The notes under the pieces are model-generated. The model worked only from the letters and a program-made list of their open reading frames with translations, was not told where the DNA came from and did not search any database. A stretch of DNA of 63,129 bases, filler included, from Lenisia limosa (lineage: Eukaryota; Protista; Breviatea): the NCBI GenBank assembly GCA_001655205.1. It is 9 parts of 9 records of this genome, joined end to end, with 100 filler letters (N's around TTAATTAATTAA, not from the genome) between each part and the next. Parts side by side here need not be neighbours in the genome. Positions count along the whole stretch, not along the records: positions 35,886 to 44,062 come from LPNZ01011386.1; positions 44,163 to 50,323 come from LPNZ01009265.1; 7 more parts are not named here. The stretch is one strand, 5' to 3'. The position numbers and the translations under genes were made by a program. Below are positions 36,028 to 47,298 of the stretch, piece by piece (position 1 is the first letter of the stretch; every line of letters starts with the position of its first letter).

Positions 36028-39000
36028 GCTCTCTGGACCCTCTCCTGCTTTGCCCCCGAAACCAACGTGTTGTCCACTCCCGAGGCCAAGCCAGCGNNNN
36101 NNNNNNNNNNNNNNNNNNNNNNNNNNNNNNNNNNNNNNNNNNNNNNNNNNNNNNNNNNNNNNNNNNNNNNNNNNNNNNNCAAGGTAGACTTTCAATGTTT
36201 GTCTTTTTAGTAGGAAAGTACTCGCACTTTGATCCGTAATTTCTTTTTCCACGATGGTCTTTATCTTTTTTTGGAGATTTCAATTGATCAAGCAAATCCA
36301 TTCCCTCACTCCCCTCAGAGCCTCGCTGACCCTGAACTCCCCATCAGAGTTCAGGCCAACTTAGCTCTCAAGTACTACTTCCAAAATGACGAGGGTGGGG
36401 GGGATAATGTGTGTATGCCAGTGTGAGAAAAAAAAGAGGAAATAAACGCAAAAAGCACGAATCCACAAGAGTATTCAAGGTTTGTTGATGCATTTAAAGG
36501 TCATTAGGAGGATAAAAGTGAAAGGAGGTGATGATGTTTTATCGACCATTCCTCCATTCCACTACATGTATATTTCTGACTTTCCAGCTTTGAGTATCAT
36601 TAGACCGTTTGTGGATCAGATTATCCCCCATATGCTCAAGGTTAGTTTCATCTGTGTTTGAGAGGAAGTTTGTCACAACTTTCGCTTGCGTTTCAAGAAT
36701 AAATTCTTTNNNNNNNNNNNNNNNNNNNNNNNNNNNNNNNNNNNNNNNNNNNNNNNNNNNNNNNNNNNNNNNNNNNNNNNNNNNNNNNNNNNNNNNNNNN
36801 NNNNNNNNNNNNNNNNNNNNNNNNNNNNNNNNNNNNNNNNNNNNNNNNNNNNNNNNNNNNNNNNNNNNNCGGAGTAGCGGATGTTGCGGAGTCGATGTCG
36901 GCCCTGGTTAACGCTTTCGAGGAGGAGGTTGTGCCGCATGCCAGGAGTATTGTCCAGAGACTCGTGAGGAATTGGGAAGGCTGGCATGTTTGTTTTTGCA
37001 GATCATGTCATATAATACATTGTCAGAATATTGTATATATCATACACTCATGTATTATTGGGTGGCAGAATGATGTTTTATACATCATACATGGTCTTTG
37101 TGATTGGATATAGAAGTGGTGGTGGGGAAGTTGAGTTTTTTTTTACTTATTATACATGTGTAACAGTTGATTTGGGCTTTTTTGTTTCAAAAATTTTCCA
37201 ATTATACACCCCTCAGATGACACAATTTGACAACGCTGCCAGTGACGCTGCTGCTTGTGGCGAGGATGATGATGACCAGGTGGGGGGGGGGCGGNNNNNN
37301 NNNNNNNNNNNNNNNNNNNNNNNNNNNNNNNNNNNTATATTCCAGCCACTTCAATTAGCACTGACACTCCTTAGATGGTTCAACTCTCCTTCTCTGCTGA
37401 TGAGGCTCTCAACGGTATCAAAGTTTGCGGAGAATAATATTAAAAGGTTTTGATGATCGTAAGTCCGCAGCCTTTTGGTTAATTTGTTGAATGGTTTTGT
37501 GCAACTGAACCCCCCCCCCCTTTTTTTTTTTTTTNNNNNNNNNNNNNNNNNNNNNNNNNNNNNNNNNNNNNNNNNNNNNNNNGCAACCACAAGGAGTACC
37601 TCACACAGCTCGAGGCTGACGTCACGCCCGTCATCACCAAGTACCTGCCAACAAGCCAGGAGTTCTTTGAGCCTCTCATGGAGCTCATCACCGAGATCAT
37701 TTACATGCAGGTCTGTCTTTTTTATAATTAATAATAACTCAGTATAACCACCAATCCCTTATCATTTCCCAGGAGGCCGTGTCACCCTTCATGTGGTCAT
37801 GCCTCCCTGTCATTGCCAAGGCCGGCAACACTTTCGCCATTGGCTTCACGAGCCAAATCTACGCTGCCGTTGTCAACTACATCACCTACGGAACCAAGGT
37901 ACGAGGTCGTTTTGTTTACGTTATGTGATCCCAGGGTTTGTTCTTGGTGTTTCTGTTGGTGCTCCGTATTAGTGGAGTTTCTAGTTACAAACCTGGGATT
38001 TTTTGATTGATGGCCGGGCCGCTGTTTGTCTTCCTGACTATCAAGAGACATCTCGATCACCCCCCCCCCCAGGAGTTCATTGCCAATGCCGACCATCAGT
38101 CACACGTTTTCTCCCTTGTCAACAACCTGCTGACCACCGAGGGAAACACGGATCATGAGAGGCAGTACGCTATCGGCATCATTGACTGTCTTGTGCACTG
38201 CACCGTGGTGAGTGGAAGGGGCATATCGCTACTCGTCGTATTTTATGATATACAGTGACCGGGATAAGTCTTGACCGATTTGGTCTGTGATTATCCAAGG
38301 AAAATCGGACAAGACTTATCCCGGTCACTGTATAGTATGCATGTAATATGCACTCGGAGCCTTAAATTGGAGGTGGGATGGAGATGTACTTTAAAATGGT
38401 TGTTGGAAAGGTGTTAATTGAAAAACACTGTTACGGTTTCTCACAGTTTCCAGGGCAACTGTGCTAACATTGTACCTACCTGCATTAACATTGCGATGTC
38501 TTTCCTTGCTAAGGTATAGGGACCTTGCTTAAGAAGTGTCCTGTCACTCGCGATTAGTATATTCTATTGTTACGTGTACCTTGATATTGTAATCGTTTAC
38601 CCAGCACCCCACCATTGCACCTTTCCAGCATGACGTTTTAGGCTGAACATGATCCTCTGAAGGCCGTGTGCTTCTCATTCATCTGCTCGTGTTTCTTCGC
38701 TGCTGGTAGGGAACATTTATTTCAATTTAGTCAGCTTTTCTTGGGAGAAATCTCCTGATCATATCCTTTTCTCTTTTCTCTTTTTGGAATCTATGTAATT
38801 TTATTCAGAGAATTTTTAACCCCCATGGGTTTCGCAAATGTTTTGCCAGGAGAGTTTTTTTTTTTTTTTTTTTTTNNNNNNNNNNNNNNNNNNNNNNNNN
38901 NNNNNNNNNNNNNNNNNNNNNNNNNNNNNNNNNNNNNNNNNNNNNNNNNNNNNNNNNNNNNNNNNNNNNNNNNNNNACCATCTGGTGGCAACCTCCTCGA

Positions 39001-40392
39001 GGTATGAAGTCGTGCGTTCTGAATGTCTATGTTTAATTTCACGTATTTTTTTTCACAACGATCTTCAATATTATTGCGGGCCTTAACCGCGCCCCCTCCA
39101 GAACCTCCTGAACCTCGGTGTTGTTGAGCTGCCACTTGAGGCCTTTGCCCACACCCATCTCATGCGCTCAAACGTTTTCGGTGCGAAGGGCTCTGCCTGG
39201 AAAATTGTTTATTGATTCTACTACTATTACACGTTTGTGCAATAATTAAATTCACCCCTTCCCGCCAGGCCTGACAGCCCTCTTCTGCCTGCCTTCCGGC
39301 ACCCTCCCTCCTTCAGTCATTGCCGCTGCTGGTCCTATCTTCAAACATATTGTCAAGCTCATTGCCAAGGTGAGTGGATGACTGCTGATGGAAAAGTTCA
39401 AAAGTGGTTGTTTATCATTCTCTCTATGAAATATAACAACCACAATTTCGTGCCACTAAATAATAATAATAACTACCTTTTATTACCATTTTCACCATTT
39501 AGATTGACGAAATTATGCATGAAGAAGAACAGGAAATCAAAACAACAACTGTTGGTTATATGGGGCTAGATTTTTAATAGTTCTCGGTTTTTTTTTTGCA
39601 TGAATGCTCGTGTGCATTCACGAATGCGAGCGCTGGCTTTTTACCTTGTAGATTGATGAGAACTTCAACGATGATGGTGTGGACGAGTTTGAGGATGTGG
39701 ACGTTTCTGACGAGGATGACCTTGGGGACTACATGGACGATGGCGACCGTGGGGGGGGGGGGGNNNNNNNNNNNNNNNNNNNNNNNNNNNNNNNNNNNNN
39801 NNNNNNNNNNNNNNNNNNNNNNNNNNNNNNNNNNNNNNNNAGTTGTGTACTCGGAGTCATACGAAATTATCGGATGATTTAATGGTAAAGTAAAAACATG
39901 ATTTTGTCAGGTTTGGTACCTTCTTTTTTGTTATTCATCATTCCTACCATACCTTGTGCCATTCCTTCTTCCCCTCACCTTGTAGTGATGAACGAGGGGC
40001 TTGCTGACGTTTTCCAAGACGAGCTTCCAACCGATTCATTGGACGAAATGCAGTACTTTGCAGAGAGAATGTCGCACCTTGGTACTCAGAACACCGCCGA
40101 GTGGACCGCAATCAGTGGTGCTATCGGCCAGGATGGCATTGGCGCCTTGAAGGTGGGGGTCGATTAAGGCACGTTTCCTCTCCATTTCACCATTCCGCAT
40201 TCAAAAACAATCCATTTCACTTTCATATGATATATTATTTGGAATGGTATTTTACTATTTCCTTTAAGCAGTTTTCGTATTCAAATACGGGCCAAGGCTT
40301 CACCTCTATAGACTATTGTGGATGCCGTGCCTGAACGTCTGAAGCTTCTTGCCAAGTTCGAAGCCATGGCTAAGGCGGCGGGACGGTCATAG
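36028..40392 (+). CDS. Importin-7/8 (Nmd5/Sxm1)-like karyopherin, C-terminal part (5' partial)
   Basis: SLADPELPIRVQANLAL, AFEEEVVPHARSIVQRL, VVNYITYG, acidic loop DEFEDVDVSDEDDLGDYMDD, ends AAGRS-TAG; matches importin-7/8 HEAT architecture. Confidence 0.8.
37162..37216 (+). repeat. Intron 3' module A at an importin acceptor
   Basis: aacagttgatttgggcttttttgtttcaaaaattttccaattatacacccctcag, then exon MTQFD. Confidence 0.85.
38253..38330. mobile_element. MITE family E (78 bp, Tc1-type CAGTG termini, TA-flanked)
   Basis: TA-cagtgaccgggataagtcttgaccgattt ... aaatcggacaagacttatcccggtcactg-TA, near-perfect TIRs; partial copies at 51905-51969 and 25970-25990. Confidence 0.9.
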
Positions 40393-40796
40393 AGTTTCAC
40401 TGTGTAATGTAATAGGTAGAGGTATCATCAATTGTTGAACAGCAGCGGGCACGAACAATTGCAAACGATGTCGAGAGTATGGAATACAGGAATACTGGTG
40501 GCCAGAGGGGCTGGCTGGATAAGCGCGAAGGCAAGGAAAGATTCTCATTGCCAACTGACGATGACTGTCCGTCCAGTCTATTATATGATATGATATGGTC
40601 GGGTCTAGTCGCGGTTCATTGTTTTTTTGCAGATGGACTCAAATCGCTTTACAAAGACATGTTTGGGTTTTAGAAGATGTCAGTCATTTTAGTCAAGACA
40701 TTCGTCCTACCCTTATTCATAATTATCACACATTCAAGGCATTGAATAGTAGAATGGCCTGGGATAGCGTTGAACTCTTACATTGGTCAACCAGAA

Positions 40797-43700
40797 TTAG
40801 CAGCCCATCATGCCATCCATCTCATCACCTCCAATTTGAACACCAAAATTGTTCTGAATAGTGAGACGAGAGGAGTGAACAGGGATGAAGCTAAACAGGA
40901 AGTCTCAAATCCCTCCCACAGCCTGTTCTTCATGCTCGTCTTCCATTTGCTGGCAAATGTCCTCGGCAGTCTCATGCTCCTCGTATGCCTCCAACTCGGC
41001 AGTGATGTCTAAAGCGCTTTTCTCAAGGCCCACTGAAGGAATAGGTCAATATGAGTACTCCATGATGCTTCAAAAGTTATCATATCAGGGGTTGTCCGGA
41101 TTCTCACAATTATCCTTCTTCTTTCAGTGAACAAAGAGAGGCCCTTGTTTTCATCCCTCAACTACCATCTTCGGAGTTTTGCTCCCCAAAAGAGAGCAAA
41201 AAAGGAAGCATCAAGGTTAGGCCTCTTTGGAGTTCTGAGACCAGACCAATGTTGTTGAAGTAGAACCGAACAAACTCAGATTCTTCCTATATTATTATTA
41301 TTCGTTTATTCACTGAAGAACTCAATATATCCAATAGTGCAATAATTACATGTATGTATGTGTATGAGCAGAAAGTTGCTGTTATTTATTGAGTTCAATG
41401 TGTAAAACGAAGAAAAGAAAATTGTATCGCCTTTATCATTTTCAATCATAGCCACCAACGGATTTGAACCAGTCTTCAGCTGATATCGCAATTCGACCTG
41501 AGATGCTCCCACTGTGGTACGTCTCAATAAAGCGAGCTGGGATGTGATTGGGATACAAAGAAACGAATAATACAGAGATTTACATTGGATACTGCAAGAG
41601 AACACACCATCGACATCTATCAGAAAAATTCAATTCTGTTAGTTCGTTGGCTTACGGTCAAACACGGCATCATGCAAAGAAATAGGAAGGTTGGAGAGAA
41701 TTGGGAGTTTTTCTTTAGGGATCTGAATGTGTGAGAATACCCAAATACTTGGACTAGCAGATCCCCCCCCCCCACAAGCTCCTTAGCATCAGGAACGGGG
41801 CATTCGGCCCAAAGGGCAGTGTCACTGCACATGTGTGTATATACCTGAAAAAGGTCAGAAAAAACGTCAAGGCTGAACTCATCCATTGAACCTAGTCGAA
41901 TATGCTCTCACATTGAACCAAAGTGAGAATTATGCCAAGTGTTAAAAAAAATAAAAAAGCTTCTAAAAAAAGCTAAAAAAACCAACGCTTTTAAAAAAAG
42001 CTGAAAAACGCCCCATCCCAGGTACCTTCTCAGGGGGCCATTTTCTTGCCTTAGCCTCTTCAACAGCTTGAAGGAGCTCATATTCATCCTCCTCTTGGAA
42101 GTCATCTTCAGCCTTCATGTCCTCGATTTCCTTGAAATACTGTGCAATCTCCTGCGCTTGGCTCTAAGGAGTGAGCAGCTTATGTCTAAGTAGCGCCCAG
42201 GTCCCATTCATAATGCACAATCAACTTCGCTCACTCGATAAATATACAGATCCACCCACCCCCCAACCAAGAGGAATTCGTTTTCATCCTTCGGCTGCTT
42301 GGCAACAATCATATCCGTCACCTTCTTTTCCCTCCTAAGAGGTTTAGTTATGATTCCAAGTTAGCTTGCTCATTTTGATCATGAACAGAAAAAAAAAAAA
42401 AACGAGAAGAGATTGAAGAGGTGAAGGAATCATTGAATGTAGAGAACGGCAGCCTACAGGTACTGCTCCACCTTGTCGGTTGTGATTTTGCCCTCGGCAT
42501 AGAGTTTCATGCAGTTCTCGTGGTGTTTCTCCCTTGGATGTTTTAAATCAGAGAGAATTTAAAAATCTAAGTTCAGCAAGTTTGCTAAGTTTGCTTCCAT
42601 TGAATGAGAACATTTGGTAACACATCAATCAACCCGTCCCTCCGTACTTGAGATTGTTGGCATGTTTGATTAAATACTCCTTGTAAACGAAACTGTCAAC
42701 GTCATTGGCTGAAGCACCGAATTGCCTTGTTCGAAGGTGCTGGGAGGAAGAAGGGGTGAGAAAAAAGAACCCAAAAACACTAACAATAGAAAAGAAATCC
42801 TATGTTTTATTTGTTTCCTGGATCTCTAATGTAAATCATTTTACTTTTTCAAAAAAATAAAAAAATAAAAAAAAAATAAAAAACGTTCCAACCAGGGGTC
42901 CGTCATATCGCGCTTCACCCATTGCGGAGGGGATGTTGGCCTCAGGTCCTTCAAAGGGAAGCCTGGATACTGTGAGCTTGGTGATGGCAACATTTCGTGT
43001 AATGGAAAATATTACAAGTTCATCGATAATTCGCATATTTGTGACAGAATAACCAGGCCAACGGGACACTTTTCCAGTCAAGGTCCTTGAAGAGCTTGTT
43101 GACAACATCCTTCACATCATCACGCGGGGTGTAACCTGAGGTCGTGATTAAGACTGTTTGAGGAAGCAGCGACTAGCATTGGCATATATAGAGCGACCCA
43201 TACCGCCGTAATCCTTGAGGTTGTTGAACACCGGCCCCCCACAGCAGTGAACCATTTCGGACAGAATCCTGGGATAGGTGAGATGGTACCCATGTGGCAA
43301 GAAAAGAAAGAAAAAGGTTGTGTGTCACCAATGCAGCTAAAACATTGATATATTATGGAGAGATGTAATATGATGTTTCAGGAGTATTGGAAGAGTAAAA
43401 TCGATCGAAACATCCCTCTTTACAGATGGTCTTCGACTCCGCTCATGGTTCAAAGCCCCCCCCCCCCCNNNNNNNNNNNNNNNNNNNNNNNNNNNNNNNN
43501 NNNNNNNNNNNNNNNNNNNNNNNNNNNNNNNNNNNNNNNNNNNNNNNNNNNNNNNNNNNNNNAGGCGCGACAACACCAAGGCGTAGAGCATCACCATGCG
43601 CTTGGTGGTGGAGTTCTTTGGGGGAGGGTCCTCGTAGCCGCACATATCGACTTCGGCTACAGGGAAAAGGAATGTGAATGGCATCGAGGGTGAAGGGAAC

Positions 43701-43843
43701 GATGTGGAAAGAAAATGATAGAAAAGCGATGTGATTAATGATTTCACTCAAAATCCCTACAGTGGTAGTCAAAACGATCCATTTCCAATAAGGGCAATTC
43801 CCATGCAGGGGCGTTCTCAATGAGGTCACTCCATGATTGCTCT
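40797..43843 (-). CDS. Hypothetical protein, at least 13 exons (5' partial)
   Basis: Consistent minus-strand GT-AG exons with host-like codons, e.g. GYTPRDDVKDVVNKLFKDLDWK, EKHHENCMKLYAEGKITTDKVEQYL, DDFQEEDEYELLQAVEEAKARKWPPEK, ending DGMMGC-TAA; no family recognised. Confidence 0.6.
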
Positions 43844-44062
43844 GGAGGGTGAGGACAGGTGGGAACATTTTGAAGTTTTATTTTTAAAAAAACTTCATTA
43901 TTGTAAACATAATAAAATAATTAAAAAAAAACAGGGTATCGATATAATACTGCACATATCGATATATGTATGATACTACGGAGAAGATTTAGATTTGAAA
44001 AACAAGTATTAGACCATTCCCATCCCGATCCCCCCCCTCAAACCATTGGCAAGGAAAGACGC

Positions 44063-44162
44063 NNNNNNNNNNNNNNNNNNNNNNNNNNNNNNNNNNNNNN
44101 NNNNNNTTAATTAATTAANNNNNNNNNNNNNNNNNNNNNNNNNNNNNNNNNNNNNNNNNNNN
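44063..44162. other. Artificial scaffold-joining spacer
   Basis: TTAATTAATTAA at 44107-44118 within N run. Confidence 0.95.
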
Positions 44163-44284
44163 GGGGGGGGGGGGGTAAAACCCTGACTTGGGATCGGGGA
44201 ATCGGAGGTTGATGATTGGGGGCTTTGTGTTTGAGAGGGGTAGATATGCTCACTGAATGGAATTTGTCTTTTTACCGGCATTAG

Positions 44285-46813
44285 TCGATACCGACAGAAG
44301 ACACCCCGGTTCTTGAGGATGCAATGGAGAAAGAAAATGAGGCGTCTCTTAACGCGGAACCTTCAAGTACGTCACCTCACTCTTATTTTTGTGCATTTTT
44401 GCTGCCTCTTGTTCTTGTGAATGATTGCTTCCTCTTGTTTTTGAAGTGAAACAGGAAAAAGACCTACTTAATTATACGTACATCTGTGTAATTATAATTC
44501 AAACAATACCAATAGTCTGAAGAAATGTTCAATCTTCCCGTTTTTTGATGAAATGATACTGTGGACGGCTCCGGTCAAAGATGTTTGTTGTTTCCCATTT
44601 CGGCCTAAATATAATTTCCACAGAACTGGCAATTACTCCAGTCAAGCCGCAGTACCCCCTTCTGGGTGCTTTTCTTGGCATATTACAAGGGTAGACTGGG
44701 CTTCTTTTGGTTAAAGCAAGATAAAATGGTAACTAAGGGACAAAAATACGCACTCTTTATAAGATCCTGAAACTGACAACTATTTATTGTCTCCCCATTA
44801 CTATGGTTCGGGTGTATATGTAAGTTAATGTTGATGATAAATTATTTGTTTGTGATAAATGGAACCCAAACATGATCTTCATATTGAATGTTAAGGCCCT
44901 TGTTTTCCCAATATAACACCCAGTATTCCCAACGGCTCGCGATTAGTGCCGCTGCAGTACGCTCCAGATGATGTGAAAGGCATACATTTTGTCCTGTCGT
45001 TTGGTGTAGGTATGTGCGGAACACTAAGGCAAATTATGGGCTGGGCTTTTGTGTTCAAGTTCCCGCAAAAACTGAACTAAAAAATTAGGAACGTTTGTGC
45101 TGATGCTGCTGACCTTTTTGGTATTCTCATTGATCCGATGCTGCAGAGGCCTCAGGGTGGGGAGAGGGTTGTTTTGTTTTTGTCTCAGTTACACCCAATA
45201 TATTTCTCATGTACACCCACAGCCGCCTCCGCTGCGACTAAAGACGGTGTCTCTCGAGGTGTTCGTATCCGGCGTTCTGTGGCAAATAGGCAATGTGGCA
45301 TCGTGGGCATGGATGTGGCTTGAATATAAGGCCCGAATACGTGAATATGAGACAAGTGATAGTGGGATTGAATATGAGACCAGTGATAGTGGCATGGCTA
45401 TGAGTAGGACTTCCCTACGATCCTAAAAAAGACCGCATTCGATAAATCGTTGATAAATATCGATATTTGACCGATCTTTTTCGGACAGTAGGGAAGCCGT
45501 AGATATGTTTATGCCGTCTTTTGTATTATTTATGTATTTTCTCTGTAATCGCCCAGGATCTTCACGGTAATGTCGCCCCTGGGTCTGACCGTAGGTTTTC
45601 CACTCACACAGGTAGGGTACTTTTCAGGTGACATGCGCATCATGGTGTTACCCCCCCCCCCCTCGGTGTTGTTGAANNNNNNNNNNNNNNNNNNNNNNNN
45701 NNNNNNNNNNNNNNNNNNNNNNNNNNNNNTTTATTTTCAACCCTCGTGTGTTTAGCCAACAGAATGATTTTTTTTGTTAAAACAGAATTATTTAAAAGTG
45801 AGATGCGCCACTGACAGATTTCACGTAAAATTGGTTCTAGTTGATGAATCGAGGTGTCGTAATATGGAAATTTGGGGGTCACTGGTGGGAGCTGTGGCCT
45901 GATAAATAGCAGCCGAAGACAAACATATTCTGAGGAGTTTCTCCTTCTCATCAAGGGGGGTGAAATTTGAAAGAAGCTGTTACAGCTCGAGTCTCTTGAG
46001 GGGTACTGAACACGGTATTTATCCTGTATTATATGCTGAGGAGAAAGTTGCCCGAGATATGGTTGAGGGAATCGTTGAAAACAATTTTAAAAAAGTTCCA
46101 TTTTGTCCAATAATTGGGGCTATAGGCCAATTTTGTCCGATTATTCCACTCACCATAAGTGTTAGCTTGTAATAGCACTCACCACATTAGTGTTCGCTTG
46201 TGATGGCACTTACCATATTAGTGTTCGCTTGTGATGGTACTCACCACATTAGTGTTCGCTTGTGATGGCACTCACCCCATTAGTGTTTGCGTGTGATGGC
46301 ACTCACCCCATTAGTGTTCGCTTGTGATGGCAGCGTTGTGGGGCTTGATACTGTTCAAGGAGCTGAAGTCTCCAAGGTAGGTCCCCCACTATTGCCATAG
46401 CAGTAACCCTTCGTCAACAGAACCCTCTCTCTCCTGGATTCCCCCCTCCCCCACGGGAAATATCGTTATTTTTTGAGCAATGCGCTTTGGGACATCTTTG
46501 CTTCACATGTTCACAGAGCGATATGTTGTTTTTTATGGTGGTGGTGCTTCTTTGGGTAGTCCGAAATTTTCCTGTATTTCAAAGAACAAAGTGACTGTTT
46601 ATTCATGAGAATTTTTCCTTTTCAGATCGATTGTGTTCTTCTTCTTCGCCACCTGTACTGTGCTACTGGTAAGCCTCATCATGGGGAGCAAGGCTGTACT
46701 GGGCCTAATGGCTTATTGGAGGGATGGTACTCCCCTTTATACTTTGGTCTAGATATCGATCCAATCCTCTTTTCACAACATAGGGTGCCTTTATGCTCTC
46801 CTTTAGCCGGTAG
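44285..46813 (+). CDS. TMEM144-like / DMT-superfamily transporter, C-terminal part (5' partial)
   Basis: FVSGVLWQIGNVAS-IFTVMSPLGLTVGFPLTQ-CSLVMAALWGLILFKELK-SIVFFFFATCTVLL-GAFMLSFSR-TAG; SG.LW.IGN, G.P..Q and LWG...FKE are typical of this family. Confidence 0.7.
45407..45499. mobile_element. MITE family D, cttccctac subfamily copy
   Basis: TA-ggacttccctacgatcc ... ggacagtagggaagccg-TA with the shared atcgata core. Confidence 0.8.
46147..46332 (+). repeat. 31-bp tandem array of branch point + acceptor + exon start (about 6 units)
   Basis: Unit ctcaccacattag/tgttcgcttgtgatggca; only the last AG (46313-46314) continues in frame into CSLVMAALWG. Confidence 0.9.
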
Positions 46814-46862
46814 TGCTCCGTTATGTATGTTTGTTATGGTAATGGAATGTCATGTAAAATGC

Positions 46863-47032
46863 TAAACCTCGACAGGGGGTACTAAACAAAAGTTAATACG
46901 AAAACAAATGTGATTAATCGGCTGGACAAGGGCGCTAAACCTCGACAGGGGGTACTAAACCTCGACAGGGGGCGCTAAACCTCGACAGGGGGCGCTAAAC
47001 CTCGACAGGGGGCGCTAAACCTCGACAGGGGG
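46863..47032. repeat. 20-bp minisatellite (taaacctcgacagggggcgc), about 6 units, one separated from the rest
   Basis: Visible tandem units between two convergent gene ends. Confidence 0.9.
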
Positions 47033-47298
47033 TTATTTTTGTAGTACTCCGAGCGATTAATTTTTTGAAGAAGTGGGTTGACAAAATTTGAAGTTAAAGT
47101 GTCTGAAACGGAGTTCCCATGCCAATAGGTCTCAATTGAAATCTGGCAAAAAATATTCAAAAAATTGCACGGAACCCTGATTTTTTGAAACCAAGATGCT
47201 CAAAATTTGGTTTGACCTAAAAAGCCAAATTGGAGTGTCAAAAAACCATATTCATATCACATAATACAAAGCAAAACGTTCAAAACTGACCCTCATGG

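Noticed and set aside
45985-46062. Extra TMEM144-like exon (GTEHGIYPVLYAEEKVARDM)
   Set aside because: PLTQ joins in frame directly to CSLVMAALWG, and this peptide would interrupt a transmembrane segment.
46147-47032. 31-bp and 20-bp repeats as CRISPR arrays
   Set aside because: Units are contiguous with no unique spacers, there are no cas genes, and the context is eukaryotic.
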